The notes: generated by a model from the letters alone, not told the origin. DNA of 64,000 nt from Alphaproteobacteria bacterium (GCA_965262615.1 OZ253545.1:928001-992000), one strand, 5' to 3'; positions 19,329-29,755 are shown, counted from the first letter of the stretch. Made by a program: numbers and translations.

Positions 19329-20408
19329 ATGGATGTTTCTCTTTTAACAGGTGAATATAGATCTGGGAAAGTGCTTTGCGATCTTTTAGAAAGCAATAAA
19401 TATTGTAATTTCCAATTTGCTGTTGCCTATGCGCGTCGGTCGGGCGTTAGACTTCTAAAGCCAGCAATGCAAAAATTTATTAATCACAATGGCAACGACA
19501 GCATGCTTGGCATTGTCGGGGTCAATCAAGGAAACACTTCCTATCAGGGCGTTCGCTTGCTTTCTGATATTATCAATGGTGGTTTATATTTGCGCTTTAG
19601 CCAAAATTATCAATCAACATTTCATCCCAAAATGTACATCTTTAAAAAACATCATGAGGGAAATGTTAAAATTTCCATTGCCGTTATCGGTTCATCAAAT
19701 ATGACCGTTGGCGGATTAAAAACCAATGAAGAGTGTGATGTTCTTTTGGAGGATATTCAAAACAATCGAAATTTTACAAATTCTATAGAGTCTTTTTTGG
19801 AAGATTTGCGTGTCACTAGAAATGGGTTTAATACCATCCGTGCGACACCTGATATCATTCAAAAATTTCAAGATTGTGGGGCATTAGTTAATGAAGATGA
19901 AAAAAGAAAAATGGGCTCAAGCAACCGCGCGTCAAAAGATGTAGAACAATCCATATCAGAAATTATTAAAAATAATAATAAACCGAAGCATCGTTGTTTT
20001 GCTATGACACTGAGCAACTTTGATGTTAGTGCAAGATCTCAAGATCCCGTTATACTGGTTCCTTTAACGGCTAGGAATATTGATGAGCGTTTTTGGCTAT
20101 GGCCGGGTTCTTTTGTGCAAGAAAGAGAATTCGCTGACTTGTATTTAGATTCATCGGTAAATATTGATGGTAAAGTTATATCTGAGCGGATTAGAATTTA
20201 TGACTATCCAAATAAATCTGAATTCCGTTTAAAATCAGAAATTGTTAAACGCAGAGGAAACGTGGGGGATATTCTTCTTGTTGAGCGTGATGATGATAAT
20301 TTTTTACTTTCTGTAATCAGAAAAAGTGACGAGGACAGGTATCGAAGCTATGAATCTCGCTTGACAACAATGGTATCCAGCCAAAAATCATTCGGTTATT
20401 TTAACTGA
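19329..20408 (+). CDS. Phospholipase D-superfamily restriction endonuclease (BfiI-like architecture)
   Basis: AVAY, FHPKMYIF...IGSSNMTVGGLKTNEE (HxK..GSxN..E). The C-terminal domain (EFRL...GDILLVER...SFGY) is reminiscent of the BfiI DNA-binding domain. Confidence 0.78.
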   Translation: MDVSLLTGEYRSGKVLCDLLESNKYCNFQFAVAYARRSGVRLLKPAMQKFINHNGNDSMLGIVGVNQGNTSYQGVRLLSDIINGGLYLRFSQNYQSTFHPKMYIFKKHHEGNVKISIAVIGSSNMTVGGLKTNEECDVLLEDIQNNRNFTNSIESFLEDLRVTRNGFNTIRATPDIIQKFQDCGALVNEDEKRKMGSSNRASKDVEQSISEIIKNNNKPKHRCFAMTLSNFDVSARSQDPVILVPLTARNIDERFWLWPGSFVQEREFADLYLDSSVNIDGKVISERIRIYDYPNKSEFRLKSEIVKRRGNVGDILLVERDDDNFLLSVIRKSDEDRYRSYESRLTTMVSSQKSFGYFN

Positions 20409-20430
20409 ATTCTCAACCCTCTGCTTCGTC

Positions 20431-21201
20431 TTGATAGACATCATTTTTGAGCAATTGCGTCAGAGCGGCATCAATAACGGCAAAAAAAACGAACAGCTCA
20501 TCTTTGATGAGCTCACCATTCTGCGACAAGGCAGATATCTGCATTTTCAGGGCAACTATCGGGAAAATGGCATCACCAAACGCGCCGCCATCTGTGTGGG
20601 ACCTCAATACGGCACTGTCAGCAAAGACCTGCTTGCCCATGCGGCACGCGAAGCCGCCGATTTTTTTGATATCCTCATCGTGCTGGGATTCGCCTTTGAA
20701 GGCTACGCCGATGAAGGCATCATGACTTTGGGCAACATTCCCGTTCAACGCGCCCACATGAACAATGATTTGCGCATGGCGGAACGACTCAAAGCCAGCA
20801 AAAACGACCGCCTCTTCGTGCTGTTCGGCGAACCCGACATCGCCCTCACCAGCCCCACAAAAGACACCATCCAGGTGACAATAAAAGGCATAGACATTTT
20901 TGATCCCACCACGGGCAACCTCACATCCTCCAATCCCGACGCCATCGCCTGTTGGTTCATAGACACCGATTACAACGAAGAAGCATTCTTCGTGCGTCAC
21001 GCCTATTTCCTCGGCATGAAAGACAAAGACCCCTACAAAAGATTGAAAAAAGCCCTCAAAAGCGACATCAATCAGGAAATATGGCAGAGTCTCTACACGG
21101 CGACCTCTCGTCCTTTTCCCACACCATCTTCGGGGAAAATCGCCGTCAAAGCCATCAACCGCTACGGCGATGAGGTGCTGAAAATTTTCAAAATCCCATA
21201 A
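20431..21201 (+). pseudogene. Type III-like modification (Mod) subunit, C-terminal fragment
   Basis: AAICVGPQYGTV, FVLFGEPDI, IACWFIDTDY..FFVRHAYF and KIAVKAINRYGDE match the C-terminus of Mod partners of this Res family. No catalytic motifs or clear start. Confidence 0.78.
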
Positions 21202-21242
21202 AACATCAGCGCGGAGATAGTGGAAAAAGCTCTGGCGAAAAC

Positions 21243-23723
21243 TTAATTGTCACTCTCTATATCTGGATTCAAAACATTTACATCATAAAGCCCGACATGT
21301 TTGTGTTTGTGTTTGATGATTCCCGTGTAAATGAGGCTTGAATTCTCGTAGCGTTTGAATTGATAGACGGCAGCATTCATGAGCGAACTGTTAAAGAGAT
21401 TCAGATTCACGAGCAAATCAAAATCCTTGATGGAGAGCCCTGTCACTTTTTTGAACAGTGTGGGTTCTAGTTGGGTGATGACATCCTTCAAAGTGTGCTC
21501 GCGATAGTCGGTGAGATACATGAACACAGGAATGCGCGTGGCAAATTTGATGAGCTTTTCTTGCACTTGTTTGCGGAGGCTTTTTTCTTTTTTTTCATCC
21601 TCTGTGAGTTGTTTCTTTTGTTTTTTAGTCAGTTCTTTTTCGTTGGCTTTTTCTTTGGTTTTTTTGATGGAGTCCGACTGGTTGATGATGGTTTCAATAT
21701 CTTGATTGAGACTTCTAAAGCCCTCAATGCTCATGAGGGCTTGCATGGCGGCTTCATTGTTGATGAGTTTTTTCAGCGTTTCATTATCCACATTGACCAA
21801 CAATGCGCTTTCCCACTTTCTTGCGAGGAGGGTGGCGGTTGTTTTGCTGGCGGCATAGTCTAGGATTCCGATCGCGTCTATTTGCTTCATTGAGCTGCCG
21901 TCATAGGCGAGAACAGGCAGAAACTTGATGAATTCCGCCACTTGTTTTTCGGGGTCGCTCTCTGTGGGATTGAGTTGGCTGCTGTAGTCGGCGATTTGTC
22001 GCAGAGCTCTGGTGGGAGCAAAATCAAACACATAGCACACCTGCTTGATGATCTCCTTGGCATTGGGCGAGAGACCGTCTCGGTTGGCGATTTCCCAAGG
22101 GGTTTGCACACGAAAGGCGGCTTGAAAGTATGTCTCGGGGCTGGATAAATTCCGCAGCATAAAAATGCCCGCCCACGGTTTGACCGAAACGCCCGTTGTG
22201 AGCTTGCCACACGAAAGAGTGATGGTTTTGGAACTGAGCGGGTCGTCCATGGCGTTGCGGACAGGGTCTAGTGCCTTCACCCCAATGCCCGCTTCCTTGC
22301 CCGCGGCGACAATTATTTTATAGTCATGATAAAAAACATTATCCCCCTCTTTGAGAAGATTCGCCATCGCATGACACGAGGCAACCGTCGGCAAAAACCA
22401 AAAAGTATGATTGAGCAAAGGCAATAGCCTTTTGTCGGAAAAAGGAAGCGGCGGCTTTTTGGCTTTGAGCTTGAGATTGTCTCGCGTTGTCTCCCGATGG
22501 CTACCGCGAATTAAATTCAGCCACTTTTGCACCTCATCCTTGTGGATGAATGCGGCATTGGCTTTTTCCCCTTCGGCTTTGAAAAACTCATTGAGATCAA
22601 ACTCGTCAAATTCGCCCTCTTTGGCTATTTCTTTGATGTCATCGGGCAGCTCGTAGGTCATCAGCACCATTTGCGGCAATGCGCTGTAGGGATTATCAGC
22701 TCCTTGCCATTCTTTTTTGGCTTTTTGTTCATCGGCATAAGTCCAGTTGAAGATTTCCTCCTCAATGAATTCCCCTGCGCCGATGGCGCGAAAGGGCGTT
22801 CCCGATAAATAAAGGCAGGCGTGGGTGGTGATGGGCATGATGTCTTTGTCAAAATGCTCCAAGCCTTCGCCTTGTTGGGCTTTTTGTTCTTGCCTGTCTT
22901 CCTCATCAAAGAGGTCTTTGGCTTTGGCGCGCCATGAGCCGTAGTGGTATTCATCAAAAATGACGCAATCCCAATTGAACTCATGCACCCATTCATTTTT
23001 TACCTTGATGCCGCCCGCACTGTTTTTACCAAGATAATCCTGAAATGAGCCAAAACAAACAAAAGGCTTGCTGGAATCAATTGATGATAAATTGTCCTTA
23101 TGGATAAATTGCCAACCCACAAAATCCTTGTGAGTGAGCAAATCCTCCTGCCATGCGTTTTGCACCGCAGGCTTGAATGTGATGACAAGAACGCGCCGCC
23201 AGTTCATTTGCAACGCCAATTGATAGGCGGCAAAGGTCTTGCCAAAACGCATCTTGGCATTCCAGAGAAAATGAGGCGTTTGTCCTTCTTCTGCTTTGAA
23301 TGACCGCATATGCTCGGCGGCGCGCCGCACAGCTTCTCGCTGTTCGGGACGCATGGCAAAATCATAAGGACGACCATCAATGCCCGGTGTGCGGTCGGTC
23401 AGAGATTTGACCGCCGCGGTCACATCAGACACTGAGCAACGAAACCACTCGCCTTCGGGATTAGAAAAGTCCCTGTCACGCAAATACCGATGCACATCAT
23501 GATCCGTGAAATAACTGCCATCGTTGCGAATCGCGGGCATATCCAGCTCAATGGTGTAGGGAATCTTGCCCGGAGCCTTTGTGGGATACTGCTGCGCCAC
23601 CCGCTCTGCCACCGATTGGTTGGTGTAGCCGATTTTCAAAAGCCCATCATATTGTGAGTGGGAATCCGAATAGGCGTAAATGCGCGGCTGGCTATGAGTT
23701 TTTTCAGGGAAAAATTTATCCAT
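21243..23723 (-). CDS. T5orf172/GIY-YIG nuclease fused to an SF2 helicase (restriction subunit)
   Basis: IYAY...LKIGYT...VAERV...EWF nuclease motifs, then AKMRFGKT, FDEYH, LSGTPF and YFQAAFRVQ helicase motifs. Confidence 0.85.
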   Translation of the reverse strand: MDKFFPEKTHSQPRIYAYSDSHSQYDGLLKIGYTNQSVAERVAQQYPTKAPGKIPYTIELDMPAIRNDGSYFTDHDVHRYLRDRDFSNPEGEWFRCSVSDVTAAVKSLTDRTPGIDGRPYDFAMRPEQREAVRRAAEHMRSFKAEEGQTPHFLWNAKMRFGKTFAAYQLALQMNWRRVLVITFKPAVQNAWQEDLLTHKDFVGWQFIHKDNLSSIDSSKPFVCFGSFQDYLGKNSAGGIKVKNEWVHEFNWDCVIFDEYHYGSWRAKAKDLFDEEDRQEQKAQQGEGLEHFDKDIMPITTHACLYLSGTPFRAIGAGEFIEEEIFNWTYADEQKAKKEWQGADNPYSALPQMVLMTYELPDDIKEIAKEGEFDEFDLNEFFKAEGEKANAAFIHKDEVQKWLNLIRGSHRETTRDNLKLKAKKPPLPFSDKRLLPLLNHTFWFLPTVASCHAMANLLKEGDNVFYHDYKIIVAAGKEAGIGVKALDPVRNAMDDPLSSKTITLSCGKLTTGVSVKPWAGIFMLRNLSSPETYFQAAFRVQTPWEIANRDGLSPNAKEIIKQVCYVFDFAPTRALRQIADYSSQLNPTESDPEKQVAEFIKFLPVLAYDGSSMKQIDAIGILDYAASKTTATLLARKWESALLVNVDNETLKKLINNEAAMQALMSIEGFRSLNQDIETIINQSDSIKKTKEKANEKELTKKQKKQLTEDEKKEKSLRKQVQEKLIKFATRIPVFMYLTDYREHTLKDVITQLEPTLFKKVTGLSIKDFDLLVNLNLFNSSLMNAAVYQFKRYENSSLIYTGIIKHKHKHVGLYDVNVLNPDIESDN

Positions 23724-23735
23724 AAATTTTTACCA

Positions 23736-25247
23736 TCACCTGCTTCGGATTGTTTTTTCAACAAACTCAATTTCATCATTTGTAAGTGCAAATTTTTTAT
23801 AGAGTTTGTAATCAGTCCATTTCTCTTGAAAATCCAAAACAGGAACAAAGGCAAAGCAATCGCGAGTAACATTGACTGACGAAATCGCCTGTCTAAGCAA
23901 GAAGCGAGGAAACTTCAGGTTAATGTATTCGTTAAAATTACTTAACTCTGCTTCGTTATCAAAAGAACCAATAACAATGTAAGATTCAGTTGAAATTTCA
24001 TTTGGACGCAAAATTTTGGTATCTGTAATGACTCTGTAGCCATCTACAGGATTAACATTCAATTCCCCATTGCTTGGCACAAGCCTTCCAATCAACACTT
24101 TATGCTTGTCTATCAAGGATATATTCTTGGTAACAGAATCTTTGGATACATAGCCCAATCCTTGACTTGACAAAATGGCTATATCCCCATCAGAACGCTT
24201 CTCATTTCCTCTAAAATTGGTAGCAAAACCGAATGGGTTTCTTGGCAACACAAAATTGTCCATCATTTCAGAGCTCATTGAAGTCACTTTTTCAACAATG
24301 CTAACCGCCTTATTTGATCTGATGAAAACAGAAAATTTGCTTAGAAACCTGCGTGTTCTGTCATGCGAATTCCCGTGAAGATTTGTTACCTCACACATGT
24401 CATCATATTCATTCTCCCATAGAAAGTAACAAACACCACCCGCAATATTCACCCCTGGAAAACAATTTTTGCTTGATTCAAAATCAACCAATCGGCTTAT
24501 TCTTTTATCATTCAGCATTTCTTGCCTAAATTCATCCAACCCCTTCCCTCCAGCATACCATCTGGAAGGAATAATCATGCTCAGAAAACGAGGGGTTAAT
24601 TTTTTCGCTTGGCGCACAAAATGTTGAAAAATGGGCGTGGCACTAACGCTATTTCCGCCATCATCTAATTGATACGGCGGGTTGCCAACAATTACATCAA
24701 ACTTCATGTTGAAAATCTCCTTTGGGTTGTGTGTGTGGATGAACTCATAGGCGTGGCTTTCCATGTCATCGTCTCTGTCGTAGGCGGCTTGGGATGCTCC
24801 GCAGAATGTGCAGCGTCCATTGTGCCACGAATGTTTTGCCTTGTCATTATAGCGTATATTGCCGTCTGATGATAGAAAATTCTCAACAACGGAATACTTG
24901 CCGCGAGCATCCTTTGAGCAATACAAGCTGCGGCGGGCGATCAACGATGTCAGTTGGGTGATGGCGATGCCATACAGCTGCTTGTGAAAAATATGATTGA
25001 TGCGTTCTTGCTTGTTGGGAATTTTCTGCTTCAATCCTTCAATGAGTCTTTTGGCAATCTCGCGCAAAAACACGCCGGACTTGCAGCAGGGGTCTAGGAA
25101 TGTCACCGTCTCATCGCTCCACAGTTCTTTGGGCAATAAGTCCAGCATTTGATTGGCAACAGACGGCGGCGTGAAAATCTCGTCCGCGCTCAAATTCGCC
25201 AAGCAACTCAAAACATCGGGATTATGATTCGTGTGGGACAGCATCAC
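23736..25247 (-). CDS. Eco57I-like N6-adenine DNA methyltransferase with target-recognition region
   Basis: EIFTPP, FLDPCCKSGVFL, FDVIVGNPPY and MIIPSRW. Confidence 0.88.
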   Translation of the reverse strand: MMLSHTNHNPDVLSCLANLSADEIFTPPSVANQMLDLLPKELWSDETVTFLDPCCKSGVFLREIAKRLIEGLKQKIPNKQERINHIFHKQLYGIAITQLTSLIARRSLYCSKDARGKYSVVENFLSSDGNIRYNDKAKHSWHNGRCTFCGASQAAYDRDDDMESHAYEFIHTHNPKEIFNMKFDVIVGNPPYQLDDGGNSVSATPIFQHFVRQAKKLTPRFLSMIIPSRWYAGGKGLDEFRQEMLNDKRISRLVDFESSKNCFPGVNIAGGVCYFLWENEYDDMCEVTNLHGNSHDRTRRFLSKFSVFIRSNKAVSIVEKVTSMSSEMMDNFVLPRNPFGFATNFRGNEKRSDGDIAILSSQGLGYVSKDSVTKNISLIDKHKVLIGRLVPSNGELNVNPVDGYRVITDTKILRPNEISTESYIVIGSFDNEAELSNFNEYINLKFPRFLLRQAISSVNVTRDCFAFVPVLDFQEKWTDYKLYKKFALTNDEIEFVEKTIRSR

Positions 25248-25875
25248 GCACCTTCAAAAAATGAATGGGATGGAAATCTCTGCACGGGCGCGGAATAAAC
25301 ACCTCCTCGCCTTGGTCTGAGGTGAGGGTCTCACCCTCCAGAGGCAGAGGTTTCACCAGAGTCTCAAATGTGTAATCGGTTCGCTTCACCAGACTGCCCG
25401 AGATAAAACTCCATTGTGAGAAAACAATCGGCTCCGTGCCGTGTGGCTTCTTCAAAGTGAGAGCATCACCCCACAGTATATTGCGAGCCAATACAAAATC
25501 AATCACATCAATAAACGCATCGTGCGCCGTCTTCTTATACAAAGAGCCGTAACATCGCCGCACCAGAGACAACAAACGAGAACGACACATCGCAACATTG
25601 TCAGCAAGAATCTCAACGCCATACACGCTCCCCACGCCCTGAAAGCAATAGCGTTCAAACTCCAACTGGCTATCGTGATAACGCTTGCCAATGACCTCAA
25701 GCTTGCGCCGCAAAATCTCCACCAAGAAATTGCCATCCCCGCACGCCGGCTCAAGAAAGCGAGAATCAATCCGCACCGTCTCATCATACACCAAATCCAG
25801 CATGGCGTTCACCTCCCGCTCGGATGTAAACACCTCACCAAAATTCTCAACCCGCCGCTTCGTCTTAATGGACAT
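25222..25875 (-). CDS. Short DNA methyltransferase-like subunit (SAM-binding half only)
   Basis: GEVFT, FLEPACGDGNFL, YGVEI and NILWGDAL, with no NPPY. Overlaps the next MTase gene. Confidence 0.8.
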   Translation of the reverse strand: MSIKTKRRVENFGEVFTSEREVNAMLDLVYDETVRIDSRFLEPACGDGNFLVEILRRKLEVIGKRYHDSQLEFERYCFQGVGSVYGVEILADNVAMCRSRLLSLVRRCYGSLYKKTAHDAFIDVIDFVLARNILWGDALTLKKPHGTEPIVFSQWSFISGSLVKRTDYTFETLVKPLPLEGETLTSDQGEEVFIPRPCRDFHPIHFLKVRDAVPHES

Positions 25876-25898
25876 CCCCCAATCGTAGCACGAAAACC

Positions 25899-28800
25899 CT
25901 AAGGATTAAACAAAGAAGCACGCTCGCTTGGTGTGAACAATATGTAGCCCTCAAAATCGTTGCCCACTTCGTATTTGAAGCGTTCAAAAATCTCAACCAA
26001 AACTTGCCCACGCAAATACTCACGCCGTTCATCTTCGGTTTCATATTCCTGCTGTAATCGTTGCGTGGGGTTTGCAATTAATTCATTCATCAATTGCTCA
26101 TCGTGAGAGAAAGCGCGAATGTCCATGTAGAAGATGTCCTCAACGCACTCTTCTTTGTAGTTTCCATAAAGTGGCGACAGCTGAACAATCCTACCCACTG
26201 TGGTTTTGTCCACAATTAAAACTGGATTGTCAGACCTGTGATGAAAGCCACTGAAAACGGGTATTTTGTTCTTGTTGAAATCATACCAACCCTCAAACCC
26301 CTTAATATCAAGCTGTTGAACACCTTCTTCCCAACGATGTTTGAAATTTTGCGAAGATGAAAAGAGAGTCCAAAAAGAGTCATGTGTTGTGATAATGACA
26401 ACATCATTCACATTGGCAAATTGTGCCAATGTTGTCTCAAAGTCTCCCTCATCTATTTGTTCGCAACACTTGGCGATTTCGTCAAACAGGTAATTATTCT
26501 CAAAGCGAGCAATTTCCGCTCCATATACACCATGCACTCCAACTCCACTAACATGCCAGTTGTCTAAAAATATTTCTTTAGTAATAATTTCTTTAATTGT
26601 AAGCCAGCCGTCATTAGAACCAACTTCGTTTGCAGTTTGATCATCGTAAGCATTGAAATGCTTGATGAAAATATCGCGCATAATGGCACTATTACGGAAA
26701 GACTTTTTGTCTCCATCTTTGCACTTCCGCACCAAATGCTCCGAGATGGGACGCTCTTTTACTTCATCAAACTCTTGTTGCTCTTGTGCATCTTTTGCTT
26801 TGGCAAGCAGCTTTTTGAAAGCATCCACTTTCTCAATTGCCGCGTCTGTTAAAACAGGCTGCCATTGGTCTGAATTGTTTTTGATATGATCAAGAATTGA
26901 AACCACAGAACCTGATCCGCCAGCCAAGTCGGCAAAATCGCGAGAAGTGGGAAGATTAATTGTTGCAATTTGTTCATCAGTATAGCCCGCCAACAAAGAC
27001 AGAGCTTTGACGGCATAAAATTGTTCCAGATGAGCAAATGAATTTACGCGATAGGTTTCTCCCCCTTCTTTACCTTCAAATTCCCAAGAATTCCAACCAT
27101 GAGAATTAACTTTGTCAAAGTGATGACATCGCAAAAACAATCTTGTAAACGGCTCTATTTCCGATGGCATTTTTGCTTCAATTGCATTGTAAAATTTCTC
27201 AACGCTTCCCTTCTCGCTATCGGTGCGCCATTTGTTCAAAATCCAGCCGCTCAAGCCAAAAAGGACTTCTTGGTTTTTCTGATTTAGCGAATCCACCAAT
27301 CCTTTTGTTCTGTCAATGTTGTCGTAGCGCACCATATTTTCAAGACTTCTGAAAAGCTTTGTGGTCACAGACAGATATTTTTCAAAGGAATCAAAGTCTC
27401 TTTTGTCAAAAGAGGCTTTGAGCAAATCCTGAAAGATTAAAAGGACGGCAAATGCAAACCTCTCAATCCATTCAACTGGATATTCCCCGTCTTCTATTTT
27501 GTTGCGTAAATCACGCCGAATAATATCCCGAGAATTACGCCAAGAGCGGTTAAAAAGCAAATCAGCTTTTTCATCATTTCCGCCATCTCTTGCCTTGAGA
27601 CTTTGTCGATAGAGACGATAAGGATAATATCTCAATTCATCAAAAATTGAAAAATCCCTATGGGTAATTATTTGTCCCATCAGTGCAAATGGCAAATATG
27701 ATGCTGTGAGAGCAAACTTGCTTTTTGCCTCAACCGAGTGTTCAAATATTTCCTGAATATCATTCGTTATCCAGCGAGCTGGGTTAGGCTTCATGCCAAA
27801 AATTGGGATGGAATTCCATTGAGACTTCAGTTCCTCTGAGTATGGCTCTGCATAGCTGTAAAATGCTTCAAACAATTGTCTGTAATAGTTTAAAGCTTCT
27901 CCAAATTCCTTTTCTTGCTGCTGTTTGAGCAATTTTAAAGATAACACTCTCAATACACCCATATCGTTTCGAAGTGATTCCAAATTTAAACCACTTTCAT
28001 TGATATTGAATGCCTTATGAACCAGCCTCTCAATTTTTTCTTTCTGCTTTTTGTTAGCAAGCAAGTCATTGCGAACCCAAAGCAAAGTTTCTCCTTCATT
28101 AACATGGTAATGAAGCGAATCTACTCCTAAACGGTAACAAGGCTTATCCAATCCAAATTCAGCTGCGTCATTGTTGCTGAAAGCAATTTCTTTTAGTTTT
28201 TGCACATCCAAATCTGTCACCATGCCAGATTTTCTTGATTTTATTGCGGTGTATTCCTTCTCATCAGGGATGAGCCAAGAGTTCATATCAATGGCAGACC
28301 CCTTCAATGAACTGGCAACTTCTTTACTGCCAATGACTTGTTCCATTTCTAAGTCAAGTGATTTGAGAAAAGCCTTTTTTATGTTATCGAATAACATAGT
28401 TCTTTCCTCTTTTTCCAATTCATAACTATTGAGAAACGAGCCAAATGTTTTGTGGACTGAAAAAAGAGTATATATGCCGATGACAAATATGGGCATTATA
28501 ATCATAGTGTTTACATCCCTCCAAAAAAGGATGAAAAAAACAAGCACTTCAGCAATGAGAAGATATAAAAATTGGCTTCTCTTGAGTAAAATAATCCCTT
28601 TGTAAGGAAATTGATTGTTTTCGCCTCTTGCAATTTCTTGTGCCACAAAAAACGCCAAGCCAATAAGCACCGCACCAATACCCGAGTGGATGGCAACCAA
28701 AATTTCATGATATTCTTCTCCCAGAACATGAATTTCTGAAAAAGCTGAGGGAAAAAAGGTGTGTCCATGTGCAAGAAAAGCAAACAAGCCAAAGACGGCA

Positions 28801-28928
28801 ACAATGCCCAATATCTGCCAGCGAGAATACCAAAGAGGTTTTTCTCTCTTTTTGAGAATTTTATCTATTGCGGGGCTGTTTCTTTTTGCCGCCTTAATCC
28901 TTTTTGATAATAAGTCGCGTTGGTGCAT
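25899..28928 (-). CDS. Large hypothetical membrane protein (N-terminal ~4 TM, DUF2254-like segment)
   Basis: Long AT-rich ORF with hydrophobic helices, then 'IKSRKSGMVTDLDVQKL...VNEGETLL' resembling DUF2254. Start uncertain (28928 or 28964). Confidence 0.7.
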   Translation of the reverse strand: MHQRDLLSKRIKAAKRNSPAIDKILKKREKPLWYSRWQILGIVAVFGLFAFLAHGHTFFPSAFSEIHVLGEEYHEILVAIHSGIGAVLIGLAFFVAQEIARGENNQFPYKGIILLKRSQFLYLLIAEVLVFFILFWRDVNTMIIMPIFVIGIYTLFSVHKTFGSFLNSYELEKEERTMLFDNIKKAFLKSLDLEMEQVIGSKEVASSLKGSAIDMNSWLIPDEKEYTAIKSRKSGMVTDLDVQKLKEIAFSNNDAAEFGLDKPCYRLGVDSLHYHVNEGETLLWVRNDLLANKKQKEKIERLVHKAFNINESGLNLESLRNDMGVLRVLSLKLLKQQQEKEFGEALNYYRQLFEAFYSYAEPYSEELKSQWNSIPIFGMKPNPARWITNDIQEIFEHSVEAKSKFALTASYLPFALMGQIITHRDFSIFDELRYYPYRLYRQSLKARDGGNDEKADLLFNRSWRNSRDIIRRDLRNKIEDGEYPVEWIERFAFAVLLIFQDLLKASFDKRDFDSFEKYLSVTTKLFRSLENMVRYDNIDRTKGLVDSLNQKNQEVLFGLSGWILNKWRTDSEKGSVEKFYNAIEAKMPSEIEPFTRLFLRCHHFDKVNSHGWNSWEFEGKEGGETYRVNSFAHLEQFYAVKALSLLAGYTDEQIATINLPTSRDFADLAGGSGSVVSILDHIKNNSDQWQPVLTDAAIEKVDAFKKLLAKAKDAQEQQEFDEVKERPISEHLVRKCKDGDKKSFRNSAIMRDIFIKHFNAYDDQTANEVGSNDGWLTIKEIITKEIFLDNWHVSGVGVHGVYGAEIARFENNYLFDEIAKCCEQIDEGDFETTLAQFANVNDVVIITTHDSFWTLFSSSQNFKHRWEEGVQQLDIKGFEGWYDFNKNKIPVFSGFHHRSDNPVLIVDKTTVGRIVQLSPLYGNYKEECVEDIFYMDIRAFSHDEQLMNELIANPTQRLQQEYETEDERREYLRGQVLVEIFERFKYEVGNDFEGYILFTPSERASLFNP

Positions 28929-29043
28929 CCGCAGCCCTCTCCACCGTATACCCAGTGATAGCATTATGATACAATACTTTGAGGATTGTGCAAGGGTTTT
29001 TATCCCACTTTTTGTCCCTCCTCACTGCTTTGCAAATTATTTT

Positions 29044-29133
29044 TGGCGGAGGGAGAGGGATTCGAACCCTCGATACGGCTTCCCGCATACACGCTTTCCA
29101 AGCGTGCGCCTTCAACCACTCGGCCACCCCTCC
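29044..29133 (-). tRNA. tRNA-Ser(GGA)
   Basis: 90 nt: GGAGGGGTGGCCGAGTGG..., anticodon stem CACGC-TTGGAAA-GCGTG, long variable arm, GGTTCGAATCC, encoded CCA. Confidence 0.96.
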
Positions 29134-29145
29134 TGAGATAACAAA

Positions 29146-29637
29146 CTAAAAAGGAATGTCGTCATCAAAATCAGTGGTGCTGGTAGAACCAGCGGATGAG
29201 CCACCCCCCGCGCCGCCATCATAAGAGCCGCCGCCCGAACTACTGCCATCAGAGCCACCCTGCCAGCCACCGCTTCCGCTTCCACTGTTCCGAGAGCTGA
29301 GAAATGTCAATACTGAATTAAATCCGCTTAGAACAATCTCTGTGCTGTAGCGTTCAATGCCGGATTTATCGGTGTATTTGCGCGTCCGCAACTGTCCCTC
29401 AATATACAACATATCTCCTTTTTTCACATATTGCTTCACAATGCCCACCAAGCCCGAAATGAAAATAACCACCCGATGCCATTCCGTTTTTTCTTGGCGA
29501 TTGCCATCGCGATCCTTCCACGATTCCGATGTCGCCAGCGAGAGAGTCGCCATCTCTTTGCCGTCCTGCATGGAGCGAATATCAGGATCCGCTCCCGTTC
29601 TGCCCACCAAAATCACCTTGTTCACACTGCCTGCCAT
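29146..29637 (-). CDS. ssb: Single-stranded DNA-binding protein
   Basis: [28 protein letters not shown], Gly-rich linker and DDDIPF tail. Confidence 0.98.
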   Translation of the reverse strand: MAGSVNKVILVGRTGADPDIRSMQDGKEMATLSLATSESWKDRDGNRQEKTEWHRVVIFISGLVGIVKQYVKKGDMLYIEGQLRTRKYTDKSGIERYSTEIVLSGFNSVLTFLSSRNSGSGSGGWQGGSDGSSSGGGSYDGGAGGGSSAGSTSTTDFDDDIPF

Positions 29638-29755
29638 CGCCCTCTCCTTTTCTAACCTACAATTCGCCCCCTCGCGTTTGACAAATCATCATTCATCATC
29701 CACTTATGAACTTCTTGCCGAAGCGTATCCTATCACAACCGAAAAGAAAAATAAA

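Noticed and set aside
29638-29755. Alphaproteobacterial LexA box between ssb and uvrA
   Set aside because: The closest match, GAAC-N8-GAAG at ~29708, does not fit GAAC-N7-GAAC or GTTC-N7-GTTC.
29357-29755. N-terminal extension of UvrA in the ORF track
   Set aside because: It overlaps ssb on the opposite strand; UvrA homology starts at ATG 29756.
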